64,000 nt of DNA from Hemiscyllium ocellatum. Taxonomy: Eukaryota. Location: contig NC_083435.1 of the NCBI RefSeq assembly GCF_020745735.1, positions 37,101,090 through 37,165,089 of the forward strand, written 5' to 3'. The number at the start of each line of letters is the position of its first letter. The first letter of the stretch is position 1. The notes under the pieces were generated by a model. The model saw only the letters and a program-made list of their open reading frames with translations. It did not search any database and was not told where the DNA came from. The translations under genes and the position numbers were made by a program. Positions 12,052 to 23,400 of the stretch are shown piece by piece.

Positions 12052-12669
12052 TGTGATGACACTGTGGCATTAAGTGGTGGATTTTACCCTGGTTTTTATT
12101 GAAGAGAGATTTGAAGGCAGAGGTACTGAGCAGTCCAGCTGAGCCGTGAGAGTAAACAGCTTGTGAGGCCTTGGGGGTTTTATAAGTTGGAATAATAGAC
12201 ACAGCCTGAATGACCCTGTGGGGTCAGGCTCCCACAGACCCAGGATGTTTTATATACATTTCAATAGTTGCTGTTGCGGTTTGAAGACGTGGAACCTCTT
12301 TATCCCTCTCTCAGTTACAGCCAAAAGCTGGGGGTTCCCTTCCTGTTATTGGAGTTGGATGTGAGATAGTCTGTTCTCTAAATTTACATTTTGCCATGGG
12401 TGCATTTATGAGATATCACTCCATTGGAACAGTTAATTAGTAATAGTTATTGCTTTAATTATCCTATTATATTTTCCAGTAGAGTTGATATTTTGTTGTA
12501 TTTTAATTACAGTGGGTGAATAAAGTGTGTTCTGCTTTAAATCCGGTAGATGGACTAATAAAACTGAATCTGGAATGCAGCATCTCATGCTGAGTTTTAC
12601 AATAAGAAAAAGTTAGTATCCAGACGATCTTCTGAATATGTTGAGGGGGTTTGGCCAGGTTCTTAACAC
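12052..12669. mobile_element. Solo-LTR-like element
   Basis: Begins tgtgatgac and ends cttaaca; homologous to 2044-2948 and 47335-47908. Confidence 0.6.
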
Positions 12670-12714
12670 AATCCCCTGAGTGGTCTTGACTGTCTGCCCC
12701 CCAACATAGTTTTT

Positions 12715-14548
12715 AAATCTCAGTGTTCCCCAACAGGAAACCCTGGATAACTCAGGATATACAGAACCTGCTAAAAACTGGGTGTGAGGCCTTCACATCA
12801 GGAGACCCACTCAAATATAAGGAATCCAATTATGACCCTCACAGAGCCATGAAGACAGCCAAGGACCAATACTGATCCAAACTAGAGACCCAGACAGACA
12901 CCCGACAACTATGGCAAGAACTGAATGACATCACAGTGCAAGATAGCAGATGGTGACACATCCCTCCCAGATTGTCTCAACACCTTCTGTGCTCGCTTTG
13001 GGCAGAATTTCGGTGGAGAGGAAACACCTATTCCAACAAGTCCTGATGACCCTCTCCCAACAGTCATTGCATCAGAGGTCAGATCAGTTTTCCTTTGTGT
13101 GAATCCAAGGAAAACGATGGGACCAGACGAAGTACCAGGCCGTGCACTCAGAGCATGCACAGAACAACTGACTGAGGTCTTCTCGGACATCTACAACCTC
13201 TCCCTGGAGCAGGCCACTGTCCCTGCCGGTTTCAAGACGGCCAACATCATCCCTGTGCCTAAGAATACTCATGCTGCATGTGTCAATGACAACCGCCCAG
13301 TGGCCCTAACTTTGGTGGACATGAAGTGCTTTGAAAGGCTGGTCATGGCATTAATCAACTCCAGCCTTCCCACAATTCCTGACCCACTCCAATTTGCCTA
13401 TCAGACCAACAGATCCACATCAGATGCCATATCACTTGCCCTTCACTCCTCCCAAGAACATCTTGACACCAAGAACAGCTACGTAAGAATCCTACTCATT
13501 GACTACAGTTCAGGCTTCAACACTAGCATCCCCTGATGACTAAACTTAGTGATATCAGACTGAGCCCCACTCTCTGCAACTGGATCCTCACTTTCCTGAC
13601 CCACAGGCCACAATCAGTGAAGATTGGGAACAATATTTCATCCTCACTAACACTCAACACTGGAGTCTGTACTCAGTCCCCTACTGTATACCCATGACTG
13701 CGCCACCAAATACCAGGCTAATTCCATTTACAAGTCCGCTGATGACACCACCATAGTCGGCCAAATCTCAGATGGCAATGAAACAGACTACAAATGGGAA
13801 AGTGAAGACCTGGAAAATGGTGCACTGAGAACAACCGAGATCTCAATGCTGGCAATTGCCCCGCCCCAGCACCACATGCACATACATTAACAGCACAGAG
13901 GTGGAACGAGTGGAGAGTGTCAAGCTCCTGGGAGTGACCATCAACAACAAATTTTCTTGGACTCTTCATGTGGACACACTGGTTACAAAGGCCCAACAAT
14001 GTCTCTTCTTCCTCAGACAGCTGAGGAAATTCAGCGTGATGTCCATCTTTTATAAGTGTACTAATCAAGAGCATTCTGTCTGGATGTATCACTACCTGGA
14101 ATGGCAACTGTACCATTCAAGATTGGAGATGGTTACAGAGAGTGGTGAACTCAGCCCAGACAATCACAAAGGCCAATCTCCCATCTATAAAATCCATCTA
14201 CCAGGCCCACTGTCAAGGAAAGGCTGCCAGCATTCTCAAAGATCCATCCCACCCTGGCAATGTTTTTCTATAACCTCCTCTACACCCTCTACCATCGGGG
14301 GGAAGGTAGAGAAGCCTGCACACAGGGACCAGCTGGTTACAAAACCGTTTCTACTCTACTGTTGTTAGAATACTGAATGGACTTACAAACTCTTAACATT
14401 CGTCTGTCCCTGTTTTTTCTGTTTTTGCCGCGTAAATGCCTATTATTTACTTATCTATGCTACTTAACTCTGTGATCTGCCTGTATTGCTCACAAGACAA
14501 AGCTTTTCACTGTGCCTCAGTACACATGACAATAAATTCAATTCAATT
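12715..14548 (+). mobile_element. Rex1/Babar-type LINE RT remnant
   Basis: KTMGPDEVPGRALRACTEQLTEVFSDIYNLSL, NDNRPVALT, MKCFERLV, DPLQFAY, LLIDYSSGFNT; tail 'aataaattcaattcaatt'. Confidence 0.85.
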
Positions 14549-14559
14549 TAAAGTTTGAT

Positions 14560-16662
14560 GTCACTGTTCTAATGCTCCCCCATTTTTGGATGGTACACAA
14601 TTGATTTAAATTATTTAGATGTCTGAGCTCTTTCTAATTTCCTTGAATAACTTTAATGGAAAATTTGATCCTTGTTCCAATTGCATTTCTACGGGTTGTC
14701 TGTAACAATGGAAAAAATATTGAGTAATTCTTCTACACTCCTATCAGCCATGCTATCTCATTCTGGAATGGCCTCTGGAAATCTCAGAGACACATCCATT
14801 ATGGTCAACAAATACTGATCCCCACTTTTTGTTTTAGGGCTGGATCTGATGCAATAATTAAAACTTTTGTAAAAGATTCATCAAATGCTGGAATAGGTAT
14901 GAAAGGTGTTGGTTTGATTAATAAATGAGTTTTCCAATTCTCTGACATGTCTGACATGTCTGGCAAAATGCAATGACATCTTTCTGCAGTCCAGGTCAAG
15001 AAAAATAGACTTCTATTTTTGCTTGAGTTTTCCTTATTCCCAAATGACCTCCTGCTGGTAACTCTCATGGTGCTACCCACAACCCCTCCTTTATATCACA
15101 CACCAGTAATACAGCCTGATGAGCTCCTGCCCATTTTTCACCCACTTGGTCTCCATTTCCTCATCAACACTTCGTTTTTAAGATAGTGACTTGTGGGATA
15201 TGTGCAGATTTGCCTTTTTGGTTCCACTGCTTTCTCTTTCCACCTTTCAATTGTAACTTAGTGAACTTCTCTGAAGTAGAAAATGCCCACTTTGTTCTTC
15301 AACTGTACTTGCTTTTTCAAAACAACTTGAACAAATATAGTTTCCGATAATTGAATTTTAACTTCCTTATTTTTTCTCTTTGATCTCTCCTTCTGTTCTA
15401 CCTGTGGTTTTGTGACCTTGTTATCACACATTCAGGAAAGATCCCAGGATAAACTGTTCTGGAACCGAGAATTTCTGTTACTCCTCCCAGCACTTTCCAT
15501 CAGACCCTCTAACTTAGCCTTACAAGTAAGAACACTACGTTTCACACCATGAACTCCATCTATTCTAGCAATACTCTTTCAAATTACCCACCTCCTTATC
15601 TCTCCCTAACAAAGATTGATGTGCTTTCGTATCTCTGAAAATCTTATTTTTTTCCCCCACTCCTCTTGGTAAACATGAGGAAACTTTCCTCACACAAATG
15701 TTGCAAAGTTGAGGAGAATACTTGTGGATTGGAAGGCAGGAAGTTAGAATTTGGAGTTTGTAAAATGCTAGGGGTGGATGGGTGAATGCATTGCATGGTC
15801 CCTTTAAAAGATCGTGTGCTTTATCTATGCTTAGAGATTTAAAATGTATGTCCATGAGCAGCAGCTTGAAAGTTTGCACATACACAGACAACACCCAAAC
15901 TGACACATTACATTGAAAGGCCATGCAGATAGCAGGCTAAACACCAGTTTTTTTTTCAATACAACAGGCTTTTGAATTTAGCCAATTAATTTGAGCAGCA
16001 ACTTAGATACCAAAAATCTATAAGGTTTAAGGCTGATGATTTTAACAACAGAGAACCAATCCTATTGTGTGAAATATTGATATGTAATTAAGGGGATAAA
16101 GGAAGGGGGCAGTTGAATAAAGACCTCAGAGCTAACTGCCCTCCAGCACAGCCAACAGCCCTCAGCTCTCAAGAGAGAATCACTGGCTCTCACAGCCTCA
16201 TCTGTGTCTTAGAAAACCACCATCAAAATAAAAATGGTGCAGCTAGTTAATATTCCTGACTGAAGAATTGTCAGAGCAGGCACAGAACATTCCAGAAGAC
16301 ACGTAACATGGCCGGAATTTTGAGGGACTAAATTTTTTTATCTATAAGTTGGACTGGTCTTTATTGGAAAAACATGCAATTTGAATCTTGCTGTAATTGG
16401 GAATAGTTAGAAGTTAATCGGGATTAATTCTGCTTGATCAGTTTCGTTAGTTTGTTCCCTGTTAGAGTTCGATAAATAGATGGTGACGAGTTGATTTTAA
16501 AGTGAGTGTCAGGGATTTATTTTATTGAACCAATTGAAGTTGCTGAGAAGCAGGTTACACCACTCGGCACACCCACTTTTACAGATTATGAGGTGAGGGG
16601 CTCCTCTTTGGGCATTTCGGTTTAGTTCACAGGGCGGGGGTCTCAACCTCCACTTTATAACA
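14560..16662 (-). mobile_element. Gypsy (Gmr1-like) integrase, gag and probable 5' LTR, copy 1
   Basis: Minus-strand PIPAFDESFTKVLI plus frameshifted KTKSGDQYLLTIMDVSLRFPEAI (integrase core). Duplicated at ~49190-51010. LTR extent is approximate. Confidence 0.7.
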
Positions 16663-17189
16663 CAAGGAAATTCTTCGCAGTTTTAACTCTCTGCTCTTCA
16701 TCATGAGTTACCAATACTTCACAAAGGGAATTCTTGAACTCCAACAAAGTCGTCTCTCCAAGAGTGTGATATGGGTCTGATTTATTTCCATGGCCTTATC
16801 CACTTTGCAATGTTACTTTGTTTGATCTTTTCAAACTTTGACCAAGTTCTTCCGTTAGATTTTGAAATTGTTTTCTTTCAGCTTCTGGTACAAGTTCATA
16901 TGAACATGAGACGGCTGTTTTTAGAATCATCGATTCATAGACTCCCTACAGTATGGGAACAGGCCATTTGGCCCAACAAGTCCACCCTGACCCGCCGAAG
17001 GGTATCCCACAAAGACCCCACACCCTGTGTCCTGCCAACGGGAGAAATGTCAGTTTTCCCTGTGTCTGTTTCACAGCGAGTAACTCAACCTGTCTGTGTC
17101 TGATCTCCCTGGGTACTGGTGACAGAAATCTGTTCATCTCTTTATTGGGTTTTTTACTGAGACTGGGACTGAGACTGGTTCGGCAGCTT

Positions 17190-17352
17190 CAAGTTCAGGA
17201 AATGATCAAATTACTTTGTCGATCAGGAAATGGCATCATGGTAGAAACAAACGTTTATTTTGGTTATTTTTCAGTTTGTGAACAGCAGATATTTTCCAAT
17301 CACTGTTTTCTTCCCAGATCCTGATTGGAATAGGGAGAGTGGATTCCCAGAA
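17190..17352 (+). promoter_or_regulatory. Putative proximal promoter/5' region of gene A
   Basis: CAGGAAATGATC (ETS-like), CAGTTTGTGAACAG, CCAAT (17296-17300), Y-box CTGATTGG (17321-17328) and GAS-like TTCCCAGAA (17344-17352). Motifs are shared with paralogous leaders; function is inferred only. Confidence 0.45.
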
Positions 17353-17403
17353 TGTTGCTGATCCTTCTCTCCATCTCCCTGTGCTTTTCCCGGGTCTCTC
17401 CCG
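17352..17403 (+). CDS. Gene A exon 1, leader peptide
   Basis: MLLILLSISLCFSRVSP+G|gtaagt; hydrophobic signal peptide. Confidence 0.85.
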
Positions 17404-20400
17404 GTAAGTACAGAATTCAGCTTTCCATTCTCTCCCTCTCTCTCTCTCTGTGTCTGGGGTGAATGTGAGTCTCTTGGGGAGAGTTTGAAATGGGGGATGT
17501 TTGATCAGCCGCCTGTTATACAGCCAGCCTGATCTTTTACACATTGAAGGCAGCACAGTCTGGGAGACTCTGATGGGATTTGTGTCCAGGTCTCCTGACA
17601 GCAGGATGTAGAAACCCCGAGATCAGAGAAGCTCCGAGCAAATGGGAAATGGTTCCAATGGAGAATTTTAATTTTCACATCGATTGGGAGAAGCCAAACA
17701 GCTTCATCATTCCTGGTCTAAAGTCTTGTAAACACTGCGGGGAGGAGAAGGAGACTCCATGTTTAACCCAGCCCAGGCCCAGCTGTGATGCCCTCATGGT
17801 TGAATAGGCCGGGTTATCTCAGACACCAACATCCTACTGGCCGTGTATAAAGGGCTGATTAAAAAGCTCAGTGAAGGACAGTGGGGATCCTGCTCGGGAT
17901 TGTCCATCCCCCTGTTTGACAGAGAGACTGTTCACACAGTGACTGTCCCCCATGGTCTCACACTTCATCCTCCCAAATATTCCTGTTTCTCTTCATTTCA
18001 ATCTGGATTCACTCACCCCACACCTTTCTTAGTTATGGATAAACCTGCCCTCGGATTATCCTGAATTCCTCACTCTAGATGGACCATGGGCAGGAAAGTC
18101 CCTTCAATATTTTTCTTCCATTTATGCCAAGTTCCTGTTCCAGGTTAGTGACTTTCTGTTTAATATCCAATCACTGGATTGTGTCGCAGCCTCTCCCTGT
18201 GTCCACACTGATTCCATCGAGTGTCTGAGTGACTCTGACTCTGTGTTTACTCCCTGTTCTGAGAGGCTGCAGCAGCTAATTCTGACCCAGTTGAATCTGA
18301 TTCTGTTGATTATATCAGACAGGATTCTGACAGTGTTATAATTTGGTGGGTTATTGGAGATTGTCACTGTGTGGATGGGCCTCACTTTGACCAGCTGGAA
18401 GTGTGTGTAATTATTTTCAACCTGACCTTTACAGATATAACATGTTGAAAGTGATTTTGAGGGCAATCTCTCACATTAGTGATGTCCCTGATGTCTGTGA
18501 TGGGATTCTCGTTTTGTAGCCCAGGTATATTAATATGATGTTTATGTTGGTGTTGAGTAATTCCCTGCTTTTATTGTTTGTTTTACAGAGACTAATGTAT
18601 ACAGTGGAATGTATACAATTGTTTCTGGAATTAATGACTTTCCTGAGTTTATAAACAGTGCAACAGTCAATGGAGTTATAATAGCTTCTCGTGACAATAA
18701 ATCCCAGCGGAACATCCCCAAGCAGCAGTTCATGGCAGAATTCTTCAATGAGAATTTCTGGGATTATGTCACAGAGATAGTGAACAGACATGCAAACATG
18801 GCAAGGGAAACAATGAGTGCAGTAATGAAGAGGACAAACCAGACATCTGGTAAGATGTGGCTGATTGAATTTCCCTGTTGGTTGTTCCCTTTCATCATAA
18901 AACCTCATTCATTTCCCAACACTGACATTTTGGTCCAGGATTGGGAGAGACATGATAGGCCTCAATGCTTCCCCTATTTCTGTGAGCCTTTTCTACTCCA
19001 GCATTCAGCCCATCTCTTCATACCTTTTGAGGGAAAATAGGGAAGTGTAAACACAATGTGGTCAAAATGTTTTACATAGGTTCAACAAAACATCTTAGAT
19101 TTTATAGTCCATTCCTCTGTTTGCAAAGCCCATTGAAATCTCAGCTTTCAGTGTGACCCACCTTCCAACCATTGCTTTCTCAGATGTTAGACTTTATCTG
19201 TGAGAGTCTGAGTCACGGAGCAGAGTCAGGTAACCTTTAATGTGATCGACAGCTTCAGTTACAGCATTGCAAAAAGGCACACTAAAAGCTTCAGAATGTC
19301 TGAACTTATACAGTTTAAGCTTAGAGTATGCGCCCCCTCCAACTCATCAAATATCAATGACTCAAATCTGTTCTCTGAATGTAAAGACTGTATGTATCTG
19401 AATAGCATCATCACCTGTACATGTCCCAAAGATTTATTTGAATAAAGTAGATTTTTGAAATTAAAAAATAAATTAGCCATGGGCAGCCAGCAGCCATTTT
19501 GTGCCGCTCAGTCATGGGAGCCCTAACACCGGACAATGACACACAACTTGGTTCTTCCTATTATGTAAGTATCTCTGTTTCTTCAAACCTGGTACAATGC
19601 AGTAACATCTTACAGGCACCCCGAAAGTAGACATGTCACTGCAGCATATCACAGGATAGGAAAGTATCGCAGATGCTGGAAATCTGAAATTTAAACAGAA
19701 AATGCTGGAAATTCAAAGCTGACCAGGCAACATCCATAGAGAGAGAAAGAGAGTCGATCAAGGGTTGTGTAAAGATTTGTAGCTCGGGTACAGGTTGCTG
19801 TGGTTATGGGTATGTTCACTGAGCTGGGAAGTTGATGTGCAGATGTTTTGTCCCCTGCCTCGGTAACATCTTCTTCAGTGTTTCAGAGCCTCCTGTGAAA
19901 CGCTGCTGTACTGTGTCCTCTGAAATTTATTTGGTTCCATTCCTGCTGCTTCCGGTTACTTGTTCCGGTTGTTCGTTGGAGTGGTCGGTATATTGGGTCT
20001 AGGTCAATGTGCTTGTTGATAGAGTCCCTGGATGAGTGCCAAGCTTCTAGAAATTCTCTGGCTGTCCTCTGATCAGTTTGTCCTACAATCGTTGTGCGAG
20101 TTTCCCTTCTTGAGATTCTTACACGCTTGATGCAACTGCAATCCGCCAACTTCTGTGAACAGCCACAACTTATTTAAGCAAGTACAAGCTTTTTGGAGAA
20201 TTACTTAATACTGTTCACGATGCTTGCAGAGCATGTCAAGTGAGGGTCACTGAATAAGGGAACAGTCCTCTCTTTATACACAGTCAGTCATGCTTGTGAG
20301 ACACAACCCCCTGTCACTCTGCCATAGTCACACACCTAGGAACAGGCATAGTATATGCCACCAAAAACATTTAAAGTGATTGCTTTCAGAAATAATCTAA

Positions 20401-23400
20401 TGTGTGATTAGATTATTCCTTATTTTTCTACTGCCATCTGCAATAGTTTAGCATTTGTAGAGTCTGATTGATTAGATTATCACACTTTGCCTGCAAGACA
20501 GAAAAACAACACCCCCAACAACCTCCCAGAGTTGTTTAGCATTTAATTTCTAACATGTTAGTAGAACAAATTAACCATTTAACATCTTAGTTGTGTCAAC
20601 AAGTTAAATTGGTCTTTGCCATCCCTACCAGGAACAGCTGGTCGTGGTGTTGAGTGGTTAGTTGGTGTTCATGGATGTCGATTGCTAGTTGTTTGCCTGT
20701 TTGTCCGATATAGTGTTTCGTACAGTCTTCGTATGAATCTCACCCAGGTAACTGTTGTGTTGTCTTCTCTGCTGTTGGTTAGTCATTTTGTTTTGGAGTG
20801 CCGTTCTCTTTCTGTGTGTCGCAAAAGAACTCTAACAAAAACTGAAACATCTTCTCAGCAGATCCAAACACTCCATACAATCATCACAGGAATTCCTAGA
20901 CAACATTAAGAACATAAACATGGATAAGGATGAAGCAATGGTTTCATTCAATGTAATAACACTGTTCACTTCAATTGACAAAACTCTAGCCAGAGAGACA
21001 ACAGCCAACCTCCAGGACAAACAGAACAGGTGACGTGACAGGGAACCTCCCAACAAGGTCTGCAGACTCACATTACTAGACCTGTGCTTGAGGACACACT
21101 TCCCATTCAACAACCAAATACATGAACAGATCAATGGGCCACCTATGGGCTCACCCATCTCCGGGCTCAGAGCACAAGCAGTGATGCAGAAACTGGAACA
21201 AACAGCCCTCCTATAAATCCAACCCAAACTCTGAATCAGATACTTGGTCAACATCTTTGTAGTTATTAAGAGAACAGATATAGAGAATACATATTATATT
21301 ATTGATTCTGGTCATAGGGATCAGACTTACGAGAGGGGAGGAAACCAACAGTCAACTCCCATTCTGGATGTGACGGTAGAAAGAACACAGAGCGGTGAAT
21401 GTACCACAACAGTGTACAGAAAAGCCACACACATGGACCAGGTCCTGAACTACAACAGCAACCACCCGAACACACACAAGAGAATCTGCATGAGGACCCT
21501 GTTCAAAAGGGCTACACCACACTGCAGCTCTCCCGACCTATGAAGGGAAGAAGAAGAACACCTCTACAGAGTCTTCACCAAGAAGGGATATCCCCACAAC
21601 TTCATCCGCAGATGCCTAACAGACAAACCATGTGACCAAGAGATGCCACAACCCAACACACTAACTGCCCTCCCTGATATAAAAACGTCTCAGACTGACA
21701 GCCAGATTTCTCCACCCACTGGGATCCATGACAGTCCATAAACTGACAGGCACGCTCAGATATCACTCACCAGGACAAAAGACCCCACGCCCATCATGTG
21801 CTAGACTAACATAATTTACAGGATTCCATACGAAGACTGTATGAAACACTATATCGGACAAACAGGCAGACAACTGGCAATCTGTATCCATGAACACCAA
21901 CTAACCACTCAACACCACGACCAGCTGTCCCTGATAGCCACACACAGCAACGACAAAGACCACAAATTCAACTGAGTCAACACAACGATCATAGTGTAAG
22001 CCAAACAGAGGACAACCAGACAATTTCTATGGCATGGCACTCATCCACAAACTCAATCAACAAGCACAATGACCTAGACCGACAAAGAACAATCGGAAGC
22101 AGCAGGAATGGAGCCAAATAAATTCCAGAGGATACAGTACCGCAGCACTTCACAGGAGGCTCCGAAACACTGAAGATGTCACAAGTCAGGGGACAAAACA
22201 TCTGCACATCAACTTCCCAGCTCAGGGAACATACCCACAACTACAGCAAAGAGAGTCAATGCTTCAGGTTCAAGATCTGCCCATTCTGAAGCAGGGTCAC
22301 TGGCCCTTGTTTCTGTCTGCACTGATACTGCCAGACATGCTGTGGATTGTGAACAAGTCTCATTTCTATTGGAAAAAAATAGCCTTTTTTGCCATCAATC
22401 CCACCCAAATCCCCCCCCCCCCCTCACCCAGCCTCCCCACAAGAAAGCAACCCGACGGCTTGTGAGCTCTCCTTCCCACACTAAGAAACCCAGAGGCAGC
22501 TGCTGGAGATCACACTTGGCACAACATTAAATATTAATTTCACCCCATATTGATGTATGAAGAAAACACGAGCAGCTTGCTCAGCAATCCAAACTGTCAA
22601 AGCAATAAACTAATAACTTTTTAAACAACATATAGCAAAAATAACAAAACATAAATTGCAAAGTGGAAAGATAATTAGGAAAATCTGTTTTCTGTTTTTA
22701 AGAAGCAGAGCGAGAAAGAGACGGGGAGGTCACAGTCTGGGTCATGGTGAAAGGGAGGGAATTGGGTTGGCTTTGGGAGTTGGGTTGAACTCCCACCAAG
22801 AGCTTCCATTCTCCTCTGGTGGTGCAGACGATGAGCTGGTCTTGATGGAATTCATACAAATGAGGGGCTGAAAGGGAATTTCCTTCCAGCCTGGGTTTCC
22901 CTCTTCTCCGGGTCCAGTGTGTCCACAGGTTATTCCACGGGATGAGATGGGGGACAAGAAAGAGAGTGAGTGAGTGAGTGTGTGTGTGTCACACTGTGTG
23001 GATCCAGTTAGATCAGAAGAACAAAATAATTCTGAGTATGAACCTTGCACAACGTAAGCCCTGATACCAGAAGCTTTTATAAACTGTATAAAAAGGAAGA
23101 GAATAGTGAAAGTAAATGTTGGTCCTTTACAGGACAGAGCTGAAAATGTGTTGCTGGAAAAGTGCAGCAGGTCAGGCAGCATCCAAGGAAGCTGACCTGC
23201 TGCCTGACCTGAGCTTTTCCAGCAACACATTTTCAGCTCTGATCTCCAGCATCTGCAGTCCTCACTTTCTCCTTTACAGGACAGAAACAGTGAGGTAATA
23301 ATGGGGTATTCAGGGATAGCAGAAATGTCTCTGTTGTCACAGTGTAAGGTAGCACTGTCCTCCCAAAAACTGCAGTTACTATCAAGGAACTTGGTGCAAT

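Noticed and set aside
19480-19572. Short open stretch ending in 'tat|gtaagt' inside intron 2 of gene A
   Set aside because: No convincing acceptor, the phase is incompatible with the class I exons, and there is no recognisable homology.
22742-23230. 162-aa minus-strand ORF as an unknown gene
   Set aside because: It starts in the Penelope hairpin and runs through simple repeats, with no domain signature.
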